From positions 1-53,720 of the IMG/VR virus record IMGVR_UViG_3300035204_001410: a DNA stretch of 53,720 nt. One strand, given 5' to 3'. Of this stretch, positions 19,340 to 29,526 are shown in pieces. The notes under the pieces are model-generated. The model saw nothing but the letters and a program-made list of their open reading frames with translations, had not been told where the DNA came from and did not search any database. This DNA is from a virus. Lineage: Duplodnaviria > Caudoviricetes. The first letter of the stretch is position 1. Each line of letters begins with the position of its first letter. A program made the position numbers and the translations under genes.

Positions 19340-21172
19340 TTACACCATTCTAGGGACAAAGGTCGCGGCGTTATCATCTATTTTGTAATTACTCATATCA
19401 AAGTAGCATTTTACCGCCCAATTAGCTAAAAGTAAAGCTGTGTAATTATCTTTTCTTGCCCTACTTGCTGAGGTATTTCTCTTTAAATGCTGTGGTAAAT
19501 CAAAGGTTTGGGTTCCTCTGGCTGTGGTTTTGACCTCAACGAGAGCGCATTGTTTCTTCGTTTGATATATCAGATTATCTTGCGCTTCGATCAACATTCC
19601 TAAATTTTCTTCATGGACGTATTTTAAGTTAATTTTCGACATGCTTTGTTTGTCGAATTCTGAGCCATTTGCTGTGGTTCTAGAGGCAAACCATGTCTTT
19701 TTGTAGTCAATATTTGCTTGAAGCAATTCATTTGCTTTCCTTATCCATTCACTAGAAAATACTTGGTTAAATATTATATGTTTTGTTTCTTTATTATATG
19801 CTCTTTTAAAGTCTCTTATTTGTTTAATATAATCCACGCCTTCTTTGTTAGAATCAAATTCAATTGTTTTTAAGTTAATTCTGTTATCTATAAAGAGCTT
19901 AGAATTGTTAGCCGCCTCAAGGAACATGTCTGAGCCAGCATTATCAATACTTATCAGCTCTGGGTCAAAGTGGTCCAATATATAATTGAGGTATTTTACA
20001 TGTTTGCTCAAGCTGCCTAATCCAGCATAACAATGTACAAGTGTTGACGTTTCTTTTTCTTCGTCTAACTCCATTATAGCCATGCCAAAATAGTCAGCAC
20101 TGGGGCTATCGCTCATATTTGGGTCAATTCCTACCACATATTTCTTACTAGGTTTTTTTGTGATTAACGTAGTTGGTTCTTCTCCATCGGGAATAGTGCA
20201 TTGGTGCATTTTTATTGCGCTAAAATAACTGTCGCTGCCATCAGTAAACTGAGCGCAATACTCCCTTTGAAAAGAGGCGTTGGAAGAACCTCCGTCTTGA
20301 GCTGCTTCAATTATGCTGTGATCAATCATGTGCTCAGGTAAAGCCTCGTATCCCATTTGAGACACAAAGTAGGAAGAGTCTACTTCCCCATCTTTTTCGT
20401 AAATTTTATTGACCCAATCTTGGTAAGTTTTATATAGGTTTTCAAAAGTATAGCTAGCTGAAGAAAGTGCTATCATTTTGCTATCGTTTTCGAAAGTCAT
20501 CCTATCTTTTTCTTCCATTACCCCCTTTTCTATTAAGCTATCTTCCATCTCTCGTATTTCAATTCTTTCCTTCATGTTTTGTGGCGCTACCAAAAACGGC
20601 ATAAGTACTGTATTAATCAAGTCTTCTGGAAGAAGCAAATACTCATCCAGTAATAATACGTTTGCTCTGAAACCACGAATTTTTTCTCCGTTAAGGGGAA
20701 TAGCTGTGATTGTTCCACCATTTATTTGCCATTGAAATTGGTCGTTCCTTTTTGATTTCGCTCCAAAACATTGCATTAAAAGGGTCGCGCCTTCGGAGTC
20801 GACTATTCTCTCTAGGTTTTCAAAAATAAATCTAGCTGTTCTAAACGTTGGGCCCGCTACAAGAATTTTGGTCCCGGGGTTAAAGATACACTGTAGAAAG
20901 CAAAATACTGAAGCAATGAATGTCTTACCGCAACCACGTCCCCATACACACATTGAGAAGTTTCTCTCCATCATTCCTCGAAGAGTAATTTCTTGATAAG
21001 CTGCTAATTTAATTCCAGAGATAAGTTCTGTAGTTAAGCCTAAGTTCGCATGAAGAAACTGAATTAGAGTCATCTTAGCTTCATTGTCCGAAAGCGGACC
21101 TTTTAGCTTCTTCATGGTTTCGTTAACGTTTTTCGCGTTATCGTTTTTGTATTTATCAGGACAGTACCACAT
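19340..21172 (-). CDS. terL: Terminase large subunit
   Basis: Walker A GRGCGKT, IRGFRANVLLLDE Walker B, FQREYCAQF, GIDP RNase H-like nuclease, C-terminal KDNYTA. Confidence 0.92.
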   Translation of the reverse strand: MWYCPDKYKNDNAKNVNETMKKLKGPLSDNEAKMTLIQFLHANLGLTTELISGIKLAAYQEITLRGMMERNFSMCVWGRGCGKTFIASVFCFLQCIFNPGTKILVAGPTFRTARFIFENLERIVDSEGATLLMQCFGAKSKRNDQFQWQINGGTITAIPLNGEKIRGFRANVLLLDEYLLLPEDLINTVLMPFLVAPQNMKERIEIREMEDSLIEKGVMEEKDRMTFENDSKMIALSSASYTFENLYKTYQDWVNKIYEKDGEVDSSYFVSQMGYEALPEHMIDHSIIEAAQDGGSSNASFQREYCAQFTDGSDSYFSAIKMHQCTIPDGEEPTTLITKKPSKKYVVGIDPNMSDSPSADYFGMAIMELDEEKETSTLVHCYAGLGSLSKHVKYLNYILDHFDPELISIDNAGSDMFLEAANNSKLFIDNRINLKTIEFDSNKEGVDYIKQIRDFKRAYNKETKHIIFNQVFSSEWIRKANELLQANIDYKKTWFASRTTANGSEFDKQSMSKINLKYVHEENLGMLIEAQDNLIYQTKKQCALVEVKTTARGTQTFDLPQHLKRNTSASRARKDNYTALLLANWAVKCYFDMSNYKIDDNAATFVPRMV

Positions 21173-22131
21173 TATAAGATATTTAAGTCGTAAGCATATT
21201 GTAAATCTACTTTTTTATAAAAGCACCCACTAAAGAATATTTTTTTAATAACCCTTTTAGACTCTTGTCTTCCTTTTACAAATAAAAACTGGATATGTGG
21301 ATACTTTTGGATTAAGTATCTAACGTTATGAAAAATATATTCAGGAGTAACTTTTATTTTTTTAGATATATAAGGTAGATATTTAAATTTCGCTGCGTTG
21401 TTTAAAGTGTCTTCCACGAGGACGATTAAATTGGCGTCCATTTCTTTTGCTCTAATTATCTCTTTCTCAAACCTTTCAAAATTCTTTACGCTTAAGGTTG
21501 ATATAAAATCCGGTAAAGACTTTCTTTCTATATAGCAATTACAAGTAAGCCGTGGTTCGCTAAAAGTATAATCCCCAACTGACAATGTTTTAACTTCTGT
21601 AGGGTAATCATCAAACGTCAAGGGTAACTGTTCTCTAGTGTCTACATGTATGGAGTATTGAGGCTTCTCATATTCTTTTCCAAGGATTATCTCCGTTGGT
21701 TTTTGGTATTTGTTTTTAAACCCCAAGGACTCGCAATAGGTGTAGTAATTACCAAAAATTTCATCATAATACTGAATGGGAGGAATCAGGACTGTTCTCA
21801 TCTCTGTTTGAGAGGGGGTATATATTAATTCTTTTTTATTTTTCCTTTCAAGCAGGGTTTTTTCGCAGTACTCTTTAGCTTCAGACACTTCCCTATCTTT
21901 TAGCCATAGTCTTAGCGTTGTTCTTGAGTTAAAGTCTGTTGAAAAATACTGTTCTTTCGTTTTATACTTTATAATTTTTCCATCGTGAAGATCATGTCTT
22001 GGGTAATATTTTTGATAATACTCTACAACTCTTAAGTTGTGTACTTTTATATGAGCATGCAACTGCCTGTCGGTTTTAAACTTTTTATCACACCCCTTAC
22101 AGGCTACTAAATTGTCTTGCTCGTTTGTCAT
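21172..22131 (-). CDS. C2H2 zinc finger plus ERCC4/XPF-type structure-specific nuclease
   Basis: CKGC...H...H; VDTREQ, GDY, IERKSLPDF, LIVLVE. Confidence 0.85.
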   Translation of the reverse strand: MTNEQDNLVACKGCDKKFKTDRQLHAHIKVHNLRVVEYYQKYYPRHDLHDGKIIKYKTKEQYFSTDFNSRTTLRLWLKDREVSEAKEYCEKTLLERKNKKELIYTPSQTEMRTVLIPPIQYYDEIFGNYYTYCESLGFKNKYQKPTEIILGKEYEKPQYSIHVDTREQLPLTFDDYPTEVKTLSVGDYTFSEPRLTCNCYIERKSLPDFISTLSVKNFERFEKEIIRAKEMDANLIVLVEDTLNNAAKFKYLPYISKKIKVTPEYIFHNVRYLIQKYPHIQFLFVKGRQESKRVIKKIFFSGCFYKKVDLQYAYDLNIL

Positions 22132-23201
22132 ATACTGTCTTCGTCTAACCCCAAGATCCTTGCTTTAACTTCGTCTATGTCTGCAAGTTTTTTAACCTCA
22201 TCTGATACAGCCTTTCTTCTTAATTCAGCGAGTTGTAAAAGTTTTTGCCGGCTTTCCTCTTCCTTCCAAAGTCTTACTAAGTTTAATACGCTAGCGTTTT
22301 CTTTTATTTGTTTTTTGAGTTTGTCGCTTCTTTTTTCTTTTAGGGAGTCTAATAATTTGCTTTGTCTATTTACTGATTGATTATATTCTGTTTCGGTTTT
22401 CCCTATAGCTTCAACTAAAGACATGGAAGCTCTTCCGTCTGTGTCTTCTACTATATTATCAAGTAATTGAGTTAAATGTTCTTTTCTTCTCTGTATGCTT
22501 GCGGCAATAACTACCTCAGAAGAAAGAACTATGTATTGATCGACTTCTTCCTGACTTAAATCTGATTTGTCGTACGTGTATCTTATAAAGCTAGATTCAA
22601 ACAACTCTCTATCTGTGCTGGTGGTATAGGTATTTATTTGGTAAGAAAATCTATAGGTATTTAAGTAGTTAATTAAAGCGTTTATATCTTTTTTGTTCTT
22701 GCTAGTAATTTTGCTTTTGTTAATTGAGTTGTTTGTATATTTGTTTACCCTGTAAAGAGTTTTATCAAATGTTTTTGGTGGTTTATACTCTTCGCTTGGA
22801 ACTTCGTTCGGGTTTTCGAAAACCCTGTCTTCATCTAAAGATTTTATAAAATCAGCAACAACGCGCGCTTCTTGATTTAAGTTTGTTAGCTCTGGGTTTT
22901 TAAAAATTATTCTAGATATTTCTACAGAACTCATAAATTCCACATTATTTTTTGTAAAAGTTTTATCTTCTTCCGAAAGCTCTATCTTTTCTTTTGGTTG
23001 GTATTCGTGCGAAGCACGAGCTTTAATTTCTCTAGAAGCTAAAAACTCTTTAACCGCTCTTCCTTCCTTGGTTCTTCCGTCTAGGTTTTGATCAGGGAAA
23101 GCCAAGTTTATAAGTTCTAATAACGAGGGTGGGGAATCTGGTCTAGAATTCCATTCGTTTAGAATTGTTTGTTCTTGCTCTTCTGTGAGTTTATGTTTCA
23201 T
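22128..23201 (-). CDS. Hypothetical helical protein (possibly terminase small subunit-like)
   Basis: 357-aa ORF with overlapping start/stop; the function guess is positional only. Confidence 0.6.
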   Translation of the reverse strand: MKHKLTEEQEQTILNEWNSRPDSPPSLLELINLAFPDQNLDGRTKEGRAVKEFLASREIKARASHEYQPKEKIELSEEDKTFTKNNVEFMSSVEISRIIFKNPELTNLNQEARVVADFIKSLDEDRVFENPNEVPSEEYKPPKTFDKTLYRVNKYTNNSINKSKITSKNKKDINALINYLNTYRFSYQINTYTTSTDRELFESSFIRYTYDKSDLSQEEVDQYIVLSSEVVIAASIQRRKEHLTQLLDNIVEDTDGRASMSLVEAIGKTETEYNQSVNRQSKLLDSLKEKRSDKLKKQIKENASVLNLVRLWKEEESRQKLLQLAELRRKAVSDEVKKLADIDEVKARILGLDEDSI

Positions 23202-23836
23202 TTCCTTGTTTTTTCTAAAGCCTTTTGGAACTCTTTATCAGATGCTTCTTTTTGCTCTGCTCTTCTTTTGGTTCCTTGCCAATAATTCCAACCATAATCT
23301 ACGAAAAGCTCTTCCCCCATAGCTATATCCCTTATCGAAATTAAATATAATAAAGTTTTATTGGGTACTGGCCAGTAATGGAGGTTATATCCGTCTTTTA
23401 CTTGCTCTTCAAATGGTTTGGAAATAAGGCCATCTTCGCCCGTTTTGTACTCTTCTTTAGTTCTTCCCTCTATTGCTCTTGTGTCGTTTGCAAATCCCCC
23501 AAGACCTATAGTGCTTTCACTTAAAGCGGGATGAGCATCAATACTTTCACCGTTAAGAGGATGGGTTAATACGTAAGGAAAATCTCTTTCCGTGTATCCT
23601 CCTACCAAAGTAAAGTTATAGCGTTTGTTTAAAAGTTCTTCGGGAAATCTGACGGGATCTCCTGCGTCATCCCCCAAAGGAACTCTCTCTGGGTTTTTAG
23701 AAAATACGTCGCCTTTATATTCGCAAACTGGTACTCCTGCAGGAATATCTATACCCGTAAAAAGCCCAACCCCAGCATTTGGAATAGTAGAAACGCGTAT
23801 CATTAATCTATGGGCTATGTTATCTATGATTTTCAT
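23198..23836 (-). CDS. SET-domain lysine methyltransferase
   Basis: STIPNAGVGLF, VCEYKG, GGFAND, RDIAMGEELFVDYGWNYW. Confidence 0.88.
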   Translation of the reverse strand: MKIIDNIAHRLMIRVSTIPNAGVGLFTGIDIPAGVPVCEYKGDVFSKNPERVPLGDDAGDPVRFPEELLNKRYNFTLVGGYTERDFPYVLTHPLNGESIDAHPALSESTIGLGGFANDTRAIEGRTKEEYKTGEDGLISKPFEEQVKDGYNLHYWPVPNKTLLYLISIRDIAMGEELFVDYGWNYWQGTKRRAEQKEASDKEFQKALEKTRK

Positions 23837-24531
23837 ATTAATTCAATATCCCCCTTCTCTAATAAGTCTTTAGCTTTTTTAAGTATGCTTTTTTTTAAAT
23901 TTTTAATTTGTTTATATCCCGGCCTTCGATTCTTTTCGTTAGATGTAAACCCTAACTTTTGCGCAATCTGATCTTCTTCTAGATAACATATATAAAGCCC
24001 TTCGTAGACTATCCATTCATTAGGTTTTAAAATTTTTTTCATTTCTGCATGCATTTTTTTAATATGAATTTCTATATCTGCATGATCATTAAATTTTATA
24101 GAGTTTACTTCTACTTCATGGTCTTCTAGAGATAATGGTATTTTAATGTTATAAGCTGATCTTTTAGTCTTTTCCCACTTAGCATATAGCGGGCATTCAT
24201 CGCATTGTGTTTTATATATTTTGCAAGAACTTTCGCCCTCTGCTGCTTCACATTTTAAACACGGTCGAGCGAAATTCCCATAGTGATTCCTTACCAAATT
24301 TTTAATTTGGTTTGATATAATTCTGTTTAGCCATGGCGCGAGAGGTTTTTCACCATCATACAAATGCCATTTCTCATAGATATGCACTCGGATGATCTGT
24401 GAAACATCATCGTAATCTATCCAATTTAAAGACGTTAGGCTCCATTTTTTGCTTCTTTTGCGTATCTCTTGATTTATAAAGTCAAAACTTTCTTCAAACG
24501 TTGGCTTTGTTACTCCTTTATTCTTTTTCAT
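23833..24531 (-). CDS. Phage sigma70-family factor with Cys-rich insertion
   Basis: Region 2 DYDDVSQ...W.LYD...LAPWLNRIISNQIKN; CLKC..C..CDEC insert; region-4-like HTH EDQIAQKLG. Confidence 0.78.
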   Translation of the reverse strand: MKKNKGVTKPTFEESFDFINQEIRKRSKKWSLTSLNWIDYDDVSQIIRVHIYEKWHLYDGEKPLAPWLNRIISNQIKNLVRNHYGNFARPCLKCEAAEGESSCKIYKTQCDECPLYAKWEKTKRSAYNIKIPLSLEDHEVEVNSIKFNDHADIEIHIKKMHAEMKKILKPNEWIVYEGLYICYLEEDQIAQKLGFTSNEKNRRPGYKQIKNLKKSILKKAKDLLEKGDIELI

Positions 24532-24907
24532 CCGTTGGGATCGGCTTCCCTGACCTTAGGGTGCCGGCCTCTTGCTGAAACTGCTTCCGAAACTCTTCTT
24601 TCGATAATTTAGGTTGTTCTTGGTTAGGGTATTTTAAGGCTTTACTTGCTTCCTCCTTAATTGTCCCTATAGCATCACCTAATTTCTCTGGTGATTTAGT
24701 GTAAGATTCTATTTCGATTTCCAATTCCCCAATAGAGGGTACCTCGCTAACTTCATCTTCCGCTTCCTCTTCCTCGATAACCTTAGAAGTTGACACCCTT
24801 CGATCTGAACCTAAACTTAAAGACTCTCCACAGCCGTGGCAAAACTTAGGTTTGGAACTAACTGAAAATTCTATTTTTGCACCACATTGTTGGCAATAAA
24901 CTTTCAT
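24518..24907 (-). CDS. Double zinc-ribbon protein
   Basis: YCQQCG...KFCHGCGESL. Confidence 0.75.
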   Translation of the reverse strand: MKVYCQQCGAKIEFSVSSKPKFCHGCGESLSLGSDRRVSTSKVIEEEEAEDEVSEVPSIGELEIEIESYTKSPEKLGDAIGTIKEEASKALKYPNQEQPKLSKEEFRKQFQQEAGTLRSGKPIPTDEKE

Positions 24908-24980
24908 AATCATTATTATAAGAAATTTAAAGAAAAATATACAAAAGAAAATAAAAAAAAAACTAAATAAGTGTAACGGC

Positions 24981-25295
24981 TTAAAGTCCTAAATACCTTA
25001 AATATTCTGTCGGAGTCTGAAGCTTAATTAATATTTCTTCAGTTATATCCGCAGGTAAACCGTCTTCAAGTTTAAAGCCCTCGCTTTCGGCCCAAGCCCA
25101 TTTTTTAAGGTTAACTTTAAAAACGTTTAGCATATTGTGTATTTCACCTTCTTCTATAGCTAGACATACTATTTTCTTGCCAGAAGATACAAAGGCAACG
25201 TTTTCTATTTGCGTCTCTATTAAGGATACGGAAATATTTCTTTTAATCGCTAAAGCTTTTAAATTTTTGAACTCCTTCCGTAAAGCCGCATGCAT
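24981..25295 (-). CDS. Hypothetical protein
   Basis: Translationally coupled to PhoH. Confidence 0.7.
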   Translation of the reverse strand: MHAALRKEFKNLKALAIKRNISVSLIETQIENVAFVSSGKKIVCLAIEEGEIHNMLNVFKVNLKKWAWAESEGFKLEDGLPADITEEILIKLQTPTEYLRYLGL

Positions 25296-26089
25296 TAGTC
25301 TTCCTCCGCGAATTTGTGGATTTTTTTAATTAAAAACTTAACCAAATCCGATCTCATGATATCTTCCTCAGAGAACTCAAATGTATATATCCCCATTTTA
25401 ATACTCTCTTCATCAGAAAAAACCCTAGATAACCCCTCGAATCCCCCTTGGGCATTTTCGTTTTTCAAATCGGTTTGCATCGGGTCTGCTAAGATAAAGC
25501 ACCTACATCCTTCTCCCATTCTAGTAAGAACCGTAACAATCTCTTTTATGGAGCTATTTTGAGCTTCGTCAAGTATTATACATTTATGTTTCCAATTCAT
25601 GCCTCTGGCAAAATTTACAGGAAACATAGATACTCTTTTTTGTTCTTCTAGTTTTTGAGCGGTGCTTTCTGTCAAAAGCTCATCGAGCTTATCGAGAAAA
25701 GGCAGATTGTAAAATCTTAGTTTTTCGTTTGCATCACCCGGTAAGTATCCCAAGCTTTTATCTGAACTTTCTACAGCAGACCTTAAATACATTATATCTT
25801 CGGTAATTTTCATGTTTAAAAGCTGTAAACCACAGTACACTGAAAGAAGCGTTTTTGCTGTACCGGCAGGACCGTTTACAAAAACTATATTGGTTGAAGG
25901 ATCTAAAGCTACTCTAAAAAATTCCTTTTGTTTTTCGGTCCAAGGAAATTGATTTAGTTTGATTTGTCTTTTGATGGGGTTCGGAGTTTTAGGGCGCTTT
26001 TTGTGCCCTGATTCGTTTAAGTCTTCCGCTAATTCCTTAGCGCCACGAATCTTCACTTTCCCCTTGGCAGGGCTGGACTTTTCTTTCAT
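25295..26089 (-). CDS. phoH: PhoH-family ATPase
   Basis: GPAGTAKT, RSAVE..LGYLPG..EK, ARG, ILDEAQN, LTRMG, D..QTDL, DIMRS. Confidence 0.93.
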   Translation of the reverse strand: MKEKSSPAKGKVKIRGAKELAEDLNESGHKKRPKTPNPIKRQIKLNQFPWTEKQKEFFRVALDPSTNIVFVNGPAGTAKTLLSVYCGLQLLNMKITEDIMYLRSAVESSDKSLGYLPGDANEKLRFYNLPFLDKLDELLTESTAQKLEEQKRVSMFPVNFARGMNWKHKCIILDEAQNSSIKEIVTVLTRMGEGCRCFILADPMQTDLKNENAQGGFEGLSRVFSDEESIKMGIYTFEFSEEDIMRSDLVKFLIKKIHKFAEED

Positions 26090-26104
26090 GTAAAATTAAT
26101 TACA

Positions 26105-26743
26105 CTATTTTTTAAATAAATTTTCATCATTCATTAAATGATTTATTATAGAGTAATTTTCATTCATATAAGAAGAATAATAGCTAATATTTACGTTATT
26201 ACGTATAAAAAAGTGACTATTAAAAGTATCTTTATACATCGCAAACGTATGAAAATGCTTCGAGTTTTCTCTTTTACAAATTTGCATAACCTTATATTTA
26301 AAAGACCCCTTTAAGTTAGCGTGATCTATAGAAGATAAAGAAAATTTCGTATCGTGACCTAATAACTCGCTTATTCTAAAGACGCTATATGCTGATATCA
26401 TCGAAACACTGTCTGTTGGTAAATTAACTACTTCTTTTATGACAGGAAAAACTTTATCGAAGTTTAAAGAACCCTGATACTCTTGTCCTACTATTTTTAG
26501 AAAGTTTCTTTTCCATTTTCTAGACAGTATTACAATGTCACTTATAGGCTCGTAATCAGAACGAACAATTATTGGTATTTTAAATATAAATTTTTTATCA
26601 TTTCTTTTGATGATAGTTTTATCTGCCCACGACTTTTTATTGTAAAAAGAATCGTCGGCAAAGATGACTTTATCCACTTCCTTTACTACGTCAAAATAGC
26701 TTTTGAAAGGGAAAAAATTAGGTTGTAGTACGGTTATTTTCAT
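26105..26743 (-). CDS. WbqC-like protein
   Basis: LQPNFFPF.SYF......D..IF.DD..Y.KKSW N-terminus. Confidence 0.8.
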   Translation of the reverse strand: MKITVLQPNFFPFKSYFDVVKEVDKVIFADDSFYNKKSWADKTIIKRNDKKFIFKIPIIVRSDYEPISDIVILSRKWKRNFLKIVGQEYQGSLNFDKVFPVIKEVVNLPTDSVSMISAYSVFRISELLGHDTKFSLSSIDHANLKGSFKYKVMQICKRENSKHFHTFAMYKDTFNSHFFIRNNVNISYYSSYMNENYSIINHLMNDENLFKK

Positions 26744-27390
26744 TCCGCGTCAAAGAAAAACAATTGAAATAGTCTTGCATTCTCTTTTTTGTCTCCAAAG
26801 TACTCGGATGCAGCATGAATAGATTGCGCATTAAAGATTACAAGCCTGTTGTATACATTTCCCGCGACATCAACAACATCTAAATCTGTTTTATCATAAA
26901 AATTATTTCTAAATATTTGATAATGAAGTGCTCCTTGTGGAGTAGCTAATCTTTTAGCGTCTGCTTTAGTGGGGGCAGACCTTAAGCCGGTTCTCCTACT
27001 TCTATAAGTTGACGTACCGCAAGAGGGTGGCGCATTGGGGGTTAAATAGATCATAGCAGCATAAGATTGTTGGTCTACGTGGTAGACTAAAGCGTCTTGA
27101 GCTGTGCAAAACTGAAATACTCCATTTACCCCGTGTTCTTTCCACTTCGTTATTTTTTTATTTAAAAATTTTTCGAAAAGCTCTTTCATGCCTTTAGGAA
27201 GAAATCTATTACCAGTACGTGATCCTTTGTGATATTTATCGTTTGCTACGAATTTACAAGATAAAGCGAATTCTCTTACTTTATGTGGATCTTCGTAAAT
27301 ATCATCTACTATAATGATAGTAGGCGAGAGCCTCGTTGAAATCTTAAAGACGTCTTCTGTCTCGACTTTATCTATCGATGCCTCTTTCAT
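26740..27390 (-). CDS. 2OG-Fe(II) oxygenase-like protein (DUF6445-like)
   Basis: IVDDIYEDPHKVREFAL, HVD, IYLTP...GT, YNRLVIF...HA, RLFQLFF. Confidence 0.78.
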   Translation of the reverse strand: MKEASIDKVETEDVFKISTRLSPTIIIVDDIYEDPHKVREFALSCKFVANDKYHKGSRTGNRFLPKGMKELFEKFLNKKITKWKEHGVNGVFQFCTAQDALVYHVDQQSYAAMIYLTPNAPPSCGTSTYRSRRTGLRSAPTKADAKRLATPQGALHYQIFRNNFYDKTDLDVVDVAGNVYNRLVIFNAQSIHAASEYFGDKKENARLFQLFFFDAE

Positions 27391-28324
27391 AGTATTTTAC
27401 TGTTTTTTTAAGCCCGTTCTTAAGAGCAGTTCTGGGTTTCCAGTTTAAGTCTTTTTGGATTTTGCTATTATTAATCGCGTATCTAAAATCATGCCCTAAT
27501 CGATCTTCGACAAAATCAATATGATTTTCTGGGTCTTTCTCTAGTATTTTACAAATTTCATAGATTATTTCTAAATTAGTTTTTTCACAGTTTGCTCCAA
27601 CTAGATAAGTATCCCCAACCTCTCCTTTATTTAAGATCTTCCATAAAGCTTTGCAATGATCTTTGACATAAATCCAATCCCTAATGTTATCTCCTTTACC
27701 GTAGACAGGTATATCTAGATCATTCAATAAACAGTTAATTACTGTGGGGATAAATTTTTCTTTATGTTGGTTTGGGCCATAATTATTGCTGCAATTGGAA
27801 ATAGATATTGGTAAACCGTAAGTAGAATGATAAGCTCTTACCAAAAAATCAGAGCCAGCTTTAGAAGCGGAATAAGGGTTTCTTGGGTCATATGGAGTAT
27901 CTTCTGAAAACCTTTTGTCTTCCCGACCTAAATGCCCATATACTTCGTCAGTAGAGACATGATGAAATCGCTGTATTTTGAATTTTAAGCACGCTTTAAG
28001 TAGGTTATGTGTGCCAATGACATTTGACGTTAAAAACGCGTCAGCGTTCGAAATAGAGTTATCTACGTGCGTCTCAGCAGCAAGATGGACTACGTGAGTT
28101 ATATCATGCTTGTAAAAAGTATCGTAAGTCTTTTTGTAATCCGCTAGATCATACTTCTCTAAAAGGTATTTGGAATTGTTGTGAAATTTACTTGTGTTAT
28201 CTAATGAACCCGCATAAGAAAGGCAGTCGACATTAACAAGTTTGGAAACTTGTTTTTTTTCTATTACGTGTTTTATAAAATTAGAGCCAATAAAACCACA
28301 TCCGCCTGTAACTAGTAGGTTCAT
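27368..28324 (-). CDS. rfbB: dTDP-glucose 4,6-dehydratase
   Basis: TGGCGFIGSN, HLAAETHVDNSI, HVSTDEVYG, PYSASKA, NCSNNYGP. Confidence 0.96.
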   Translation of the reverse strand: MNLLVTGGCGFIGSNFIKHVIEKKQVSKLVNVDCLSYAGSLDNTSKFHNNSKYLLEKYDLADYKKTYDTFYKHDITHVVHLAAETHVDNSISNADAFLTSNVIGTHNLLKACLKFKIQRFHHVSTDEVYGHLGREDKRFSEDTPYDPRNPYSASKAGSDFLVRAYHSTYGLPISISNCSNNYGPNQHKEKFIPTVINCLLNDLDIPVYGKGDNIRDWIYVKDHCKALWKILNKGEVGDTYLVGANCEKTNLEIIYEICKILEKDPENHIDFVEDRLGHDFRYAINNSKIQKDLNWKPRTALKNGLKKTVKYYERGIDR

Positions 28325-28334
28325 AATATATAAT

Positions 28335-28901
28335 CTATGTTTGATATCCGAAAAGACTAAAATCTTTACCGTGATATTCCTTAACTAAAGCTTTAATTTT
28401 TGGACAACAATTTTCTCTAGTCGCGTAAGGGGTAGATACATTGATTCGGCCAAGCTTCATCTTGAGTCCAATTTTTTTGCAAATATAGTCAAAATCTTTT
28501 TGTAAGTTTTCAAAATGGCCTATAAAGTCAACGGAAATATTTCCATCAAAATCCGTTATCCAGTCTTCTTGCGATATATAACGACAGCTGGAGTGTTTTT
28601 TATATTTTCCCTTTATCCCATTCCGTACGAAATCCAGAAGGGAAGTCTTTGCTGGGATTGTTTTGTGTTTTTTGCTCCAATTATATAAAGATATCCAACG
28701 GTCATACGGATTCCGTACAAATGTAAATTTGAAATATTCGTCAAGATTTATATCTGGAAATTTCTTTTGGATATCTTTTATTGTTTGATGCTTCCTTGAC
28801 TTATTCCTTACTAACCCACCCCTACTAAGGGCTTGATAAATAGAAGAAGAAGCGGCCTTGCATATTCCTAAAAATATTATTTTTTCTTTTGTATTTATCA
28901 T
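28335..28901 (-). CDS. Sulfotransferase family 2 protein
   Basis: KAASSSI (PAPS loop), FTFVRNPYDRWISLY, DFIGHFENL. Confidence 0.88.
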   Translation of the reverse strand: MINTKEKIIFLGICKAASSSIYQALSRGGLVRNKSRKHQTIKDIQKKFPDINLDEYFKFTFVRNPYDRWISLYNWSKKHKTIPAKTSLLDFVRNGIKGKYKKHSSCRYISQEDWITDFDGNISVDFIGHFENLQKDFDYICKKIGLKMKLGRINVSTPYATRENCCPKIKALVKEYHGKDFSLFGYQT

Positions 28902-28902
28902 T

Positions 28903-29526
28903 CTAAAGCTTTATGTTATTTAGCTTTTTTGTATACAAAAAAACAACGCATGAACCATATTTTTTAAATTCTTTTACTTTAGTAAAATGATCACTGTATT
29001 TTGTTATAAATTTTCTTTGGTATTGAGCTACACCATAGTTAAAATCCATCAAAACTAATACTGTCTCGCCGGGTATCCAATACGGTGAGAAGGTTTTAAT
29101 TGCGTAAGAAAATAATTTTTCCGATTTACATACATCATCCATATAAAGCTCTATAACTCCATTATCCCATTGAGAATCTCGAATATCTTGTACTTTATGA
29201 TATTTGATATTCGGGTTTATAGGGTTTAGATAATCTTGAACGATGGGTAAGGTGTCTTGTCCAAGCTTTAGGTGGACCCCTTGTTTTTTTGCTTTTATTA
29301 TCTCTGTTTCTCCCACTCTATCCTTGGCGACATAGAACCTATCAAATAAATGTATATCAGTGTTCTTACCGGCCTCTGCAAGCGCTTTAGCCACGGGTTC
29401 AATAGATCCTCCTAGCCAAGACCCAAGTTCAACAACGCAACCATTTCCAGTAAGACTTTTTCCAAGCTCGTAACAATACTCTGCGACTTTTTTATTATTT
29501 TGAGATGGTATTTTAGATTTATACAT
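28903..29526 (-). CDS. Class I SAM-dependent methyltransferase
   Basis: VVELGSWLGGS, LFDRF. Confidence 0.78.
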   Translation of the reverse strand: MYKSKIPSQNNKKVAEYCYELGKSLTGNGCVVELGSWLGGSIEPVAKALAEAGKNTDIHLFDRFYVAKDRVGETEIIKAKKQGVHLKLGQDTLPIVQDYLNPINPNIKYHKVQDIRDSQWDNGVIELYMDDVCKSEKLFSYAIKTFSPYWIPGETVLVLMDFNYGVAQYQRKFITKYSDHFTKVKEFKKYGSCVVFLYTKKLNNIKL

